Source: the human T2T-CHM13v2.0 reference genome, Homo sapiens
DNA length: 64,000 nt
Reading direction: 5' to 3' (one strand)
Assembly: GCF_009914755.1 (NCBI RefSeq)
Contig: NC_060934.1
The position numbers and the translations under genes were made by a program. The stretch's first letter is position 1, and every line of letters begins with the position of its first letter. Shown piece by piece: positions 34,200-51,050 of this stretch. Below the pieces are notes generated by a model, which saw only the letters and a program-made list of their open reading frames with translations, searched no databases and was not told where the DNA came from.

Positions 34200-34830
34200 T
34201 ATGACTAACCCATCAGTCAGTTCACTTCTGTGACTATTTCCCCGGACCCTTTGTCCCCTCTCAGTCAGCATTAACTATACAGTCCAATTAAACCTCGCAC
34301 CGGCCGTCCACAGGGATTCTTTTCATAGAAAAATGCAATTCTCTCCAAGATTCTCAGCATTACCTAATGGCCTACATAGAATCAGTGTGATGGTCTCTAG
34401 CTGGTTCCCAGGGGACAAATTGATCACCATGGCAATCATCACAGACTCTCGCCCTGTGGAGGGGCAAGGTAAAATTCACAGAGCCGTGGAGGAAGCAGAT
34501 CTGATTATCTCAGAAGGGTTACCTCCTTTGAGTAGGCTGCAGCTGTCCATTAGGCTGCTCCTACACACACGCGCGGAGCCCGTGCCAAAACGTGGAACGA
34601 GGCATATGGTTAGAAACCGAGTGGGGAAGGCATGCCAACTGCTGATGCGCCCAGCTGGCTGCCTCTGCTTCATTGGTCCGAGTGAGCACTCTGCAAATAA
34701 GACCTGCTCAGACCCTGGAAAGGGTCCTGACAGATATCCGAAGAATTGCAGCTGGGTTGAAATCAGTGAACCACTAGCAACACAGTCTGAGAAAAATCGA
34801 GGAAGCATGATCCTACGAAAATGATGAAAA
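34200..34830. promoter_or_regulatory. Candidate CpG-retaining regulatory element
   Basis: Non-repeat block with clustered CpGs (CGCACCGGCCG, CACGCGCGGAGCCCGTG) and ATTGG at ~34672. Confidence 0.35.
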
Positions 34831-35005
34831 GAAAGCAATAGAAACCTAAACAACACTACTATCATTATGAATTGTTAGATTTGACAGTAATTCTGCCGAG
34901 ACTATATTAAGGGACAAACTCTTTATTTTTTTCTGCTATATTGACCCTAAGTAAATTGGTGACTTTTGTTTGAGACATCCTCTGAAAAGATGAAAATATA
35001 AAGGG

Positions 35006-35351
<346 letters not shown>

Positions 35352-36443
35352 TTATAATACAATGTATATGTCCAGTGTGCCAAAAAGAGACCAAAATTAT
35401 AGTTTCTTACTATTGTGTGAAATTGGCATGTTCTCACTGAATAAGGCTGGAATAAAATTGTTCCAGGCAGAAGTTAAGGTTTGCATTCCCATTATTACCT
35501 ATTGTATGGCCCAGACATACTATTCTTTATTACTTTGTGTATTCAAAGACCTTCAAAGTTTGCATTCACAACGATTACTTTCCTTTTGTGTCAAGAATAA
35601 TCTAGGAACAGTTCTCTACAGATGATCAAGGCAGAGAAATATTTTCTAAGCCCTCAAGGAAACTTCCCACCTTTGTAAGGTCAGAGGTTGACATATAGCC
35701 CTATATGTCAGACTTGGGCTAACAATCACATCATTTCTCAGAGGGGCTCAACGCAGTCAGCTCTGAGTAGAGAGATGGTCCCTTACAGGACTTTAATGAG
35801 CTTGCTGCAAATCCGCACTGAACCCAAGCAGGGTCTGATTTCACAATTAGAAATTGGGATTGTCTGTTCTCTTAGTCTTCTGTCACATTTTTGTACCGTG
35901 TGTTAATAGGTCCTTCAAATTCTTTTTAACTAACCCCTTAAATAGACTGCAATTAAAAAATGTCAGTGATGCAATACCATATAGGATAAATCATATTTCA
36001 TATCTGAAAATGAGACTCATTTTTTTTCTTTTGCAGAAAACCACTATCTTGGGTTAAATTAACTTTTGTTAAAATACACGTGGATTTGACATGGTGTTTT
36101 GTAGAAATTTTGTCTTAAAACAAATAGCAGCCTCTTCCCTGCTGTGATAGTATAGATTTGACCTATTTACTTAATCTGAGTCTCAGTCCCCTCAGTCATT
36201 GGCGAAATTGAGATGTGTGTGTCTATCCCAAAGTTTCACATTGAGGATTATATGCTTAGCACACAATAATCTCTCAAAAAATATGAGTTACTTATCTCTC
36301 CCTTCCCTCCCATTCACAAGCAATCTTTTTATCAAGACTTTGTGTTAAATATTCTTAAATAACAAAATTCTATTTTAGTTCTAATTGCTATTTCATCAAA
36401 ACAAAATGCAAAAGAAAAGAATAGTGTTTAAACCCTTGGACCT

Positions 36444-37030
<587 letters not shown>

Positions 37031-37556
37031 AACTCTTGGACCCGTAATTTAGTGAATCCTTTGGAAATTGATTAGAGAGACTGAGACAGAACACACTCAT
37101 CTACATACCTCCTTGCAGATATATTTCTCATTCAAATCAACTCAATGTCCTTTTTCACTTTAAATCTTCTCGTTCGTTCTTGTCCTCAAATCAGGATGTG
37201 CAGGGAAGTCGTAAAACAAGATGACACCAAAACCAAGAGCAGCAGGCAACCACGGAAGCATTTCACTGGAAGAGGCCCATTGTTACTTGTCAGGGCAGCA
37301 GGGGTGTAACCTTTGGAGTGAGGCACACCTGGCTTCAATTCCCACTTCTACCATATTCAACTGCATGATACCCGGCAAGGTGTTCAAGCTTGCTGAGTCA
37401 GTTTTGCTAATTGCACCACAGGTTTTACGCCGCTGCCTCTTAGCATTGGTCAAAGACCCAGGGGGCTTTGCAGTGATGCTAATGAAACTTAATCACCAGG
37501 ACTGCGCACTTACGTGGGTCTCTTCCAAGGCCCTGTACCTCATCCTGTATTTGTCC

Positions 37557-37886
37557 TTTTCTTTTCTTTTCTTTTCCTTTTTTTTTTTTTTTTTTTTTTT
37601 TTTTGCAGGGGGAAGGTATTTGTTTTTGAGACAGGGACTCTATTGCCCAGACTGGAGTGCAATGGCCATGGCTTACTGCAGCCTCGATCCTTCTACATCA
37701 GCCTCCCAAGTAGCTGGGATCACAGGCATGTGCCACCATGCTCAGCTAATTTTTGTATTTTTTTTTTTGTAAAGACGGGGTTTCACCGTGTTGCCTAGGC
37801 TGGTGTCAAACTCCTGGGCTCAAGCAATTCACCCATGCTGGGTTCCCAAAGTGCTGGGATTACAGGTATGAGTCGCCACACCTGGG
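37557..37886 (-). mobile_element. Alu (AluJ)
   Basis: Antisense dimer with long poly-T. Confidence 0.9.
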
Positions 37887-38220
37887 CTTTGTCCGTGTTC
37901 TTAAACCAAGCTTCCCAAATCGTACAAACTTCAGGCCCTACAAATCCCAGATGTGCCCTTGTATGATGATTAAAAAGGATAATAAATGTAAGGTAACTGG
38001 CCAGTAGTCATTGTCCAATAAGTGATATTATTGTCACCAGATTCACAGGCTATAAGTTTGGATCTGTCCCTGGGTAAATGTAGAGAAGGCAACCACATAA
38101 TGGCATTGCTTACAGGTTATACAAAATTTAACCCATCCTCTAATATGCCACACCTGAGCCTGCTGAGATGCCTGGCCCAATCTCTACCAACACTTGTAGT
38201 TTATGCCGTTAATTATACAC

Positions 38221-38540
<320 letters not shown>

Positions 38541-38667
38541 AAGCCTTAATTATACACATGTAACCTCATTTAGGTGTATTAGGAAGGTAGGCTGCAAATG
38601 AACAGATCACAGGATGGGCCAACTTAAATGTGGAGAAAGAATTGTAAAAGCGAAGAGCAGAAACATG

Positions 38668-39113
<446 letters not shown>

Positions 39114-39203
39114 CTATCATCCAACTGCATCAGAACTGAACAGGGCCCAATCCTCCCATAGACTTGAAGTTTGAAAAACTTACATTTGTCTTATTTGAGT
39201 TCC

Positions 39204-39501
<298 letters not shown>

Positions 39502-39519
39502 TAATTTGAGTTCCTGTCT

Positions 39520-39843
39520 TAGAAACTGACCAGGCCTCCCTGATGGTATCAGGAAACTGAGGCTTTCCAGATCACAGCACCCAGACAATGAGATGCAACT
39601 GCTGGCTGTTGGCCAATTTGTCTTCCCTACCCCTCCTGTTTTCCTTCCCCACTATATGAACCCCTGCCTGTAGTCAGAGGGGTTGCAGAGTAGAGAGGGT
39701 CTTAAGGTTTCACCTCCCGTGTCCCTCCAACTAATGTCACCCATAGAAAAGCCTTTCTTCCTGGTAAGTCTCCTTGTCTCAGCAATTGGCTTTCTGTGTG
39801 GTGAGCAACCAAACCTAGAATGAACCGCTGGCATTCAGCAACA
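39520..39843 (+). mobile_element. MER39-like ERV1 LTR (3' part)
   Basis: Ends ATTGGCTTTCTGTGTGGTGAGCAAC...CCTAGAATGAACCGCTGG...CAACA. Confidence 0.65.
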
Positions 39844-39844
39844 G

Positions 39845-39996
39845 AACCACCTAAGGAACCTCGATGAAAACACAAACCGCCCGGGCCTACCATGGCCCAC
39901 GGACTCAGGACTTCGGAGGTGGAGTTCAGGATTCTGCTTTTTAAACAAGCTCTCCACCAACTGATTTTGAATTCCATTTAGTTTAAGAGCCCCTGC
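39845..39996. mobile_element. MER5A-like hAT relic
   Basis: CAGAACCACCT...TTTTTAAACAAGCTCTCCA...GTTTAAGAGCCCCTG. Confidence 0.5.
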
Positions 39997-40080
39997 TTAT
40001 GGATTGAACCTGAAATAAAGAACTGATCAAATAGTTTTCAGGATTCCATATATATTCCAGTTGGCTCAGAAAAAGTCCAT

Positions 40081-40331
40081 TTTTTTATTTTTTTTTGAGA
40101 GAGAGTCTCACTTTGTCACCCAGGCTAGAGTGCAGTGGCATGATCTTGGCTCACTGCAGCCTCAACCTGCTGGGACTGCAGGGGCATGCCACCATGCCCA
40201 GCTAATTTTTTTGTGTTTTTTGTAGAGATGTGGTTTCATCATGTTGAGCAGGCTGGTCTCGCACTCCTGAGCTCAGGTGATCAGGCCTCCCAAAGTGCTA
40301 GGATCACAGAAGTGACCCACCACACGTGGCC
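40081..40331 (-). mobile_element. Alu (internally deleted)
   Basis: Antisense Alu. Confidence 0.9.
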
Positions 40332-40352
40332 AGAAGTCCAATTTTCTACTGA

Positions 40353-40801
<449 letters not shown>

Positions 40802-40979
40802 ACATTTTCTTTCTTGATAGATCCACTACAATTGTAGCTGAAGAACATGCTATTCAGACATATGTCACAATTTCAGCAAGATCAGATGTATGAGATGGTC
40901 TAATGTTAGCTGAATGTGTATCTATTGCAGAGAGATACTACCCTCCTGAAGAAAGTAGATAACAGTCATAAACCCTGAA

Positions 40980-42150
40980 ACAAGGTTTCTAGTGGGATGG
41001 CAAGATGCTGCTTTCTGAGGATGTCCTGTTCAACCTGTTATCAGTAGCTTGGATGGACACCTAGTATACGTGCTCACCTTACCTAGGAAATTGCAGACCT
41101 AGGACTATGCAGATGATACAAATCTAGAAGGAATAAATACCCAGAAATGGATAATGATCAGGTTGCAAAGTAACCCTCACAAGCTGGCCTAAGAACCAAA
41201 AACAAGTAAGATCATGGAACAGACAGAAGCATGAATGAAAAGGAAAAACATCAGGATGGTTTCTGTTTGTTTATTCGTTCGTTTTTGAGACGGCGTCTCA
41301 CTCGGTCACCCAGGCTGGAGTGTAGTGGCGTGATCTTGGCTCACTGCAACCTCCGCCTCCTGGGTTAAAGCGATCCTCCCACTTCAGCCTCCTAAGTATC
41401 TGGGATTACAGGCATGCACCACCACACCCAGCTAATTTTTTTTTTGTATTTTTAGTGGAGACGGAGTTTCACCATGTTGGCCAGGCTGATCTCGAACTCC
41501 TGACCTCAGGTGATCTGGCCGCCTCAGCCTCCCAAAATGCTGGGATTATAGGCGTGAGCCACCGTGCCTGGCCGAGGATGCTTTTTAAAATGTCATTGCA
41601 AAAAAGTTTTGTTTGAGCCTTACTGGTACTGCAATTCATATATGTGTGATTTTTCAGTTCTTGAAAGGAAATAATCCTACTCTATTCTATGCTGGTCAAA
41701 CCACTGTTTTATTTTCAACAGATTCACCTCTGAGCATGACATTTTAAAAGGAGACATCCTCAGGTTACCACGGAGCCAAAAGTGGATTTCAAGCATGATG
41801 AAGAATCCATAAACTACTATGTTTAGCTTGGGGGTGGGGGATGGGAACGTGTCTTTCTTCAAATAATAGATTGTCCATAGACTTACTGGGTTGATGGTAG
41901 GTAAGATCCCGGGTATGTGAACGTTGTAAGAAGGCATATCACATTAAATGTAAAACAAGGCAACGAAACCGTTCAAAATCTCCAGAAATGCAATAGAGAA
42001 TTCAGAATAGAAGTGAGCTCCCTGTTGTGGAGGTAATCAAGCACAGACTGAATGATGACTCAGCCAGAATTGTTACCCAATGGATTCTTTCTACTGAGAG
42101 TGTTTAGGGAAGGGAGTCGATAAATCTGAGATGCTTTCAGCACCATAGAA
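40980..42150 (+). mobile_element. L3/CR1 LINE remnant (RT region to 3' end), split by an Alu
   Basis: TAT GCA GAT GAT ACA AAT CTA GAA GGA (YADDTNLEG) at 41106; CR1-like 3' block GTGAGCTCCCTGTTGTGGAGGTAATCAAGCACAGACTG. Confidence 0.75.
41283..41573 (-). mobile_element. Alu (AluS)
   Basis: Antisense dimer. Confidence 0.95.
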
Positions 42151-42242
42151 AGGTTTCTATTATTTGTTTTTATCCTAGCTAGCTCAGGTTTCTGGAAGCA
42201 AGTTGAAACAGGAAAGTGAGTAGAAAGCAATGAGGAGTAGAG

Positions 42243-42684
<442 letters not shown>

Positions 42685-44694
42685 CTAGACACTGGAGATA
42701 AAGCAGGGGAGAAGAAAATCAAGCCAAATCCCCCCACCTTCACAGAGCTTACATTCTATAAGAAGAGCATTATGAGAGGCAGTTGGGTAATTTTCTCCTG
42801 CTACAAGAACACAGAATAAAATAAAAGACAATGTGAGGAGGGAAAGGAAAGGCTAATTGTGCCAAGAAGGACTTATTAGAATGAATATGTTTCAGCCTAG
42901 AGAAATCCCAAGATTGCTTATTCGTGAAATCTATTCCACATCAAGATTTGACTGGCTTCTCCAAAGCATTGCAGTCTATTCATTCAGAGAGGGCAGCACC
43001 TTTCTGCCCCACCCTCTTTGTAAACAGCCCCCAAATGACCGTCTAACTCCATCAATATTGACTGCTTTCCAGGGGTCACCACTTACCATATGTTCCATCC
43101 ATCACTGCAAACAAGTTCCCCTTGACATATTGATTATTTCATTTTTCTTGTCTTTGAGCCAGAACCTCCTTTCTAATTAATGTATCTATCCTTGGTTCTA
43201 TCAGTGTGTACATCTTGGACATGCACAAGCTCATACTGTCTACCTGAATTACATATGCAGCAACCTGATTCTTGAGGCGGCTGTTTTCTGTCTCTGCTTA
43301 AATGATCTTGAACCCTGATCCTGTTTGCCTTTCTTTAGGAGAGATGTAAATACCTTGCCAAGTCCCAAGCCCAGGATTGCTTCAGTTTACACTTGTATTT
43401 TTTAAAAGTACGAATGTCTCTTTGTCACCTACAAGCATCTTTGATGGTGAATGGCTCCAGCTCTAAGAGTCTTAAATTATCAGACAAAACCCCCAACTTT
43501 CTCTCTGCTTTATGTCTAGTTTCTGCTAAATGCTGCTCACCTCCAGGAATAGAGCTGCTGGACTCTGGAGGTCAACTATAAGGGTGTTGGAGTTAATAAG
43601 CTCAGCAAGTCACTGTACCTTGATCTTTACTTTCCTAGTGCACTCATATTTCTCTCCCTGGAATTAGATGCTCAGCTATCTGCCAGGGGACCTCTTTCCA
43701 GATACCCTCTGATTTGAACTAGCAGAAGGTTCCTCATGTGGCAGTTATGGAAGAATAACAACCCATATAGCTCATACGGTACTCTGCTTTTGGTGAAGGT
43801 TGCTGCATTTTTGCCAACCGGTCAAACCAATACCTCAGTCATCAAACATTATTATCATTTGGCTTATGTCCTTAAAGTGGAAAAATAGCTACTGTGATTC
43901 TCTCCTTCATAAAGGCTTATGCAGTAAGTGGCTGGGATTAAATTATACAATCACTTCATCTATCTGTTGGAAAGCCTGTCACCCTTATACCACATGTGCC
44001 AATTTTTCCCTTTACCAGAGGGGCTCAGTACTGTGAGATGCAGAAAAGGGAGCCTTATGATGCTGGGTAATATAATTCTAAATACCATCAAGCCCATAAA
44101 ATGGGGAGTAAGTGATAAATAATTTATATTTATCAGAACGACTGAATCTTATTACAAGTTCAGCAATATGATACCTCCCTCACAGCAGAGACCTGGATGG
44201 GGAAAGGGATCAGAATTTCAATGGTTTGCCAGGGTCGGATTGAATTCCCGTTTAAAGACCTACGAACCTGATGTGAATCTGGTGGGCTTTTGTTCAGCAA
44301 TTCCTAGAAAAAATGGTGCTCGTCTTTTAACAAGTGGGTCAGCATGTGATGGAAGAAATCTAATACAACAGGATAATCAGCACAAAAGAAATCTAATATA
44401 ACAGGATAATTTGGTAAATGCGATAAAATATGGCAATAAGTAGCAGGGTTAACATGCCATTGATGTTTCCATTATTTTCTCCAATCCAAATCTACCAGGA
44501 TAAAGCAGGACAATCTGTTCATTTCTTTATTCCTAATTCATCTTTTCATTCACTCATCATTTGTTCACTGTCTTAAACACCTAGAATGTGTAAAATACTG
44601 TATTAGGAACTATGGGAGATGCAACCATGAATAGGTATGATTCCTATCTTCTAGTAGCTTCCATTCAAATACAGCATTCTGGACTAAACCTTAG

Positions 44695-45631
<937 letters not shown>

Positions 45632-46020
45632 TCTTTATTCTTCTTTATGCTTCCTTATTTTGATGGTGTCTGCCTGAATCAGAACTGGTCCCACTTGAGA
45701 AGTATTTTCCTGGAGCCAGATCCCTTGTTTGAAATGCAACAGTTCAAATACACTTTCATGTCTTAAATAGTATCATCAGAGCAAAGTCATTGCTCAAATG
45801 AGTGATTAATCTTTGTTTCATGCATTTTTTTTTCATGACAAAAACAGAAACAACCAATGGTCAGCGGCAGAACTCTGAAAACAAACACCTCTACCTGCAT
45901 GACCGAAACTCTAGATTGCCTTTCTTTGGTGGGAAAAATCTCACATATGAGCCCAGTATAAGGTACATAGTTATTTTTGGCAAAGAGCTGATAATGTGCT
46001 CAATGAAAAACACCAATCAC

Positions 46021-46310
<290 letters not shown>

Positions 46311-47007
46311 CATTTTTGCCTTTTATATTGAAGGAACAGCAATCCACTTGGAAAAGTAGCAGCAGTTTAGCCGTGTAAGCACTCTCCTGGTATGTGGCTG
46401 TATTTTCTTTTAAGGTAGGCATCCAGAGTTTATTTTTTGGTCCAAAAGAGTTTATTAAATGAATTAACGTTACAGTTACAAATACACTTCTTGCAACATT
46501 TCTCCCCATCATTTCTGCAAGCTCCTTTGAGAGATGATCAAGGTGGGAGGACTGAGTGACACAGCTGAGGGCAGTAGCCTCTAGCTGCAAAATTTCAGTG
46601 ACAGGGGACAGAGGCACGGGCATGGCCCGCTTTCTTCCAGCTGTGACATCAGGGGATTTCGGGCATAAGAGGGAAGTACTGCTTTCCCACTTACAATGAC
46701 TTAGAAGTTGATCCCCTTCTCCAGGTTTTGTCTCTGTAGCCCGGCTTGGACAAAACCAGGATGTTAAATTAGCAAGTGAATTAGCAAATTTCTCAAAACT
46801 ACCCAAAGACACCAGCCTATTTTGTGCCTCTGAATCTGTTCTTGAATTGCTCACTCTGCCTGGAAAGGCCTTTGCCACCCAAACCCTTTTCTCCTCTAGA
46901 ATACAACCTTATCTTTCAAAACTAGTTCAAGAACCATTCCCTCAATAATAATAATAATAATTAAAATAATTAAAAAATAATTAAATATAATTACATAATA
47001 ATAATTA

Positions 47008-47292
47008 TTATTAAGGCAGAGTTTCATTCTGTTGCTGGGCTAGAGTGCAGTGGCTCAATCACAGTTCACTGCAGCCTCAACTTTCTGGGCCCGAATAATC
47101 CTCCCACCTTAGCCTCCTGAGTAGCCGAGACCACCTGCATACGCCACCACATCTAGCTAAATTTTAAATTTTTCTGTAGAGAGCGGTTCTCACTATGTTG
47201 CCCAGGCTGGTCTCGATCTCCCGGGCTCAAGCAATCCTCCCGCTTCAGCCTCTCAAAGCGCTTAGATTCTAGGCATTAACCACTGTGCTGGT
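47008..47292 (-). mobile_element. Alu (AluJ), preceded by AT-rich (TAA)n low complexity at 46944-47012
   Basis: Antisense dimer. Confidence 0.92.
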
Positions 47293-47354
47293 CTCCCATC
47301 ATCTTCTTCCCATTCTGCTCAGCAGAATTACCTCAATCCCTGGCCCCCGTCTTT

Positions 47355-47823
47355 ACTCCTACTGCTGCTGTAACAAATTACCATAAACCTAATGACTTAA
47401 CAGGTTTGGAGTGCAATGGTGCCATCTCGCCTCACCTAACAATTCTAGAGGTCAGAAGTCCTAAAATCACAGTGTTGGCAGGACTGTGTTCCTTCTAAAA
47501 GCTTTTGAAGAAAATGTGTTTCTTTGCTTTTTCCACCTTCTGGAGGCTGCCTGTATTCCCTGGCTTGTGGTCCTTTCCTCAAATCACTCTGATCTCTGTT
47601 ACCAAGTTTCATCTCCCTCTCTGCAGCAACTCTCTTGCCTCCCTCTTTCACTGACTGGAACCTTTCTGATGATATTGGACCCACCAAAATAATCCAAGAT
47701 AATCTCTGCATCTTGAGATCCACAGTGCATCTCAAAGTCCCTTCTCCCATGTAAAGTCACATATTCCCAGGCTCTGGGAATTAGGACATGGACATCTCTG
47801 GGGGCCATAATTCTGTCTACCCG
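47355..47823 (-). mobile_element. MLT1 (MaLR) LTR, antisense
   Basis: GCTGCTGTAACAAATTACCATAAAC...TCTAGAGGTCAGAAGTCC...GGACATGGACATCTCTGGGGGCCATAATTCTGTCTAC. Confidence 0.85.
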
Positions 47824-47918
47824 CTGTGAGCCCAGTGTTCCATTTAGAAATGTCCATGTCAGCTGCATAACACTAAGGGACAATTTGTTTACAGAAGTCA
47901 CCCTCAAAGGCTAATATC

Positions 47919-48216
47919 AGCCAGGCGCGGTGGCTCACGCCTGTAATCCCAGCACTTTGGGAGGCCGAGGCAGGTGGATCACTTGAGGTCAGGAGTTGGA
48001 GACCAGCCTGGCCAACACAGCGAAACTCAATCTCTACTAAAAATACAAAAATTAGCCACATGTGGTGACACACACCTGTAATCCCAGCTACTTAGGAGGC
48101 TAAAGCAGGAGAATTGCTTGAACCCGGGAGACAGAGGTCGTAGTGAGCCAAGATCGCATCACGGCACTCCAGAGTGGGTGACAGAGCGAGGCTCCAGCTC
48201 AATAAAGAAAAGAAAA
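47919..48216 (+). mobile_element. Alu (AluS)
   Basis: Dimer. Confidence 0.95.
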
Positions 48217-48502
48217 GACTATTATCCCCCAGAGCGAGGTATCTTGGGTCTTCAAGTTGTTTCTTCAGGGCCTAGGATGTTGCCTATGACTTAGCAGATG
48301 TTCAATAAATTAAACTGAATATTCGTGGCAAAGAAAACTAAGGGAAAAAGAGAGCAAGGACAATTTTGCTGTAAGGCTATTATTTGACAAGCAAGTAAAA
48401 TCAACAGGCCAAAGTAAATGGTTGGAAGAAAAAGCACAATGAAATTCATCATTTTGTCATAAAGTTTCATAGATAAAACAACAAAATCCAACCTGTCTAG
48501 AT

Positions 48503-48923
48503 CAGGGGTTGGCCAACTGCAACCTGTGGCTGCCTGAGGTCAGGAGTTTGAGACAAGCCTGGACAACATGATGAAACCCTGTCTCTACTAATAATACAAA
48601 AATTAGCTGGGTGTGGTGGCACATGCCTGTAATCCCAGGAGGCTGAGGCAGGAGAATCACTTGAACCTGGGAGGCAGGAGGCAGAGGCTGCGGTGAGCCG
48701 AGATCACACCATTGCACTCTAGCCTGGGCGACAACAGCAAAACTCCATCTCAAAAAAAAAAAAGTTTTACTGAAAGGCGGAGGGATCCATTTGTTAGCAC
48801 ACTGGCTGTGGCTGCTTTTGCACTATAATGGCAGAGTTGAGTAGTTTCAATGGAGACTCTAGGCTCTGCAAGCCTGAAATATTTACTGTCTGGCACTTTA
48901 CATAAGATATTGGTTGACTACTG
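48503..48923 (+). mobile_element. MER58A-like hAT-Charlie MITE split by an Alu
   Basis: CAGGGGTTGGC...TTGACTACTG termini; perfect 8-bp TSD GTCTAGAT at 48495-48502 and 48924-48931. Confidence 0.85.
48531..48762 (+). mobile_element. 5'-truncated Alu inside MER58
   Basis: Starts at CCTGAGGTCAGGAG. Confidence 0.92.
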
Positions 48924-48963
48924 GTCTAGATAATTAGAAAGGTTAAATAACAATTTTTTTTCA

Positions 48964-49068
48964 GGTTAGATGGGTAACATGCCAACTCCGTAACAAGGTT
49001 CAGAAGGTGTCATATCTCACACATGCATGTAAACACTCGATGGTCATGCTCATGAACTACAAAAGGAT
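48964..49068 (-). pseudogene. U13 snoRNA (SNORD13-like) processed pseudogene
   Basis: Reverse complement ATCCTTTTGTAGTTCATGAGCATGACCATCGAGTG...GAACCTTGTTACG...TTACCCATCTAACC matches U13 over its full length; short poly-A (T run 48954-48961); box C TGATGA>TGACCA and box D CTGA>CTAA. Confidence 0.92.
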
Positions 49069-49085
49069 CATTAAATCAGAATTTT

Positions 49086-49496
<411 letters not shown>

Positions 49497-49892
49497 TCAG
49501 AAAGCTGAATTCACGTATTTCACTATCATGGATATTGATTGATTGTCCATCTCTTTGGCTGGGCTGTCTCTTACCCAGTAGATTAGTGGGCTGACATTTT
49601 AATTCAAAGTCATGAAATTATAAAGCTGGTCAGTTTATTTATTTTGAATATCTTGATAGCTGGGATAAGAGAGTGCTATATCCCATTTCTTATTCAAAGA
49701 TCAAACTTTAAATTTCCTGACTCCTTCATTGTGAACATGGACCAAATCATCATGTCAGTATTTAACAGGGGCAACTTTCCTTTTAGCATTGAAGGTACAT
49801 CATTTCTCCTTCCTACTTGCCTCTTGTGAAGGTATTCACAGACACTAGGAAGAAAGAGTCACTCTCTTCTCCTTGATAGAAATTAACTTGTT

Positions 49893-50190
49893 TGGCCAAG
49901 TGCAGTGGCTATTGCTTGTAATCCCAGCACTTTGGGAGGCCAAGGCAGGAGGATCACTGAGCCCAGGAGGTCAAGACCAACCTGGGCAACTTACTGAGAA
50001 CCCATCTCTACAAAAAAATACAAAAATCAGCCAGGCATGGTGGCACGTGATTGCAGTCCCAGCTACTCAGGAGGCTGAGGTGGGAGGATCACTTGAGCCT
50101 GGGAGGTCAAGATTATGGTGAGCCATGATCGTGCCACTGCACTCTAGTCTAGGTGACAGAGCAAGATTCCATATCCAAAATAAAAAAAAA
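49893..50190 (+). mobile_element. Alu (AluJ)
   Basis: Dimer. Confidence 0.95.
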
Positions 50191-50309
50191 CAGAGGGAAA
50201 AATTAGCGTGTTTGTAAGAGTAAATTTATTTAGTGAGAATGAGGAGAAAAATCAGTAAATAGGCTTCTTCCCCCCACAATACTACCTTCGAACCAAAATG
50301 GCTTTGTAG

Positions 50310-50733
<424 letters not shown>

Positions 50734-50849
50734 CACATCACTTTAAATAGTACCTTCTTAATTTTAAAAAGCATAAGATTGAACACCAGAAACCACTATT
50801 AAAAACTACTAACATTTAACATGGTTTCTAATTTTCAAAAATTGAAATT

Positions 50850-51050
50850 AAGAGTCTTGGATTATAATTCCACTTTTGCTACTTACTTTGTGAACTAAAA
50901 CAAGACACACACCTTTCCATGGCTTCAATTTCTCCATATGTCAAAATGATTATAACAATATTTTCCCCACCTAATTCACAGAACTGCTGTTTTGATAAAA
51001 TGAGGTAATGTTCGTGAATTTGTGAAAGCACTCCACAAGTGAAAGACATT
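50850..51050 (+). mobile_element. MIR remnant
   Basis: ACTTACTTTGTGA...CAATTTCTCCATATGTCAAAATG...GTGAAAGCACT. Confidence 0.6.

Noticed and set aside
34333-34824. 163-aa ORF as a protein-coding gene
   Set aside because: No recognisable homology; kept only as part of a candidate regulatory block
37221-37772. 183-aa ORF
   Set aside because: Reads through MIR-like sequence, poly-T and an antisense Alu
48964-49068. Functional U13 snoRNA gene
   Set aside because: Box C and box D are mutated; poly-A and TSD indicate a retrocopy
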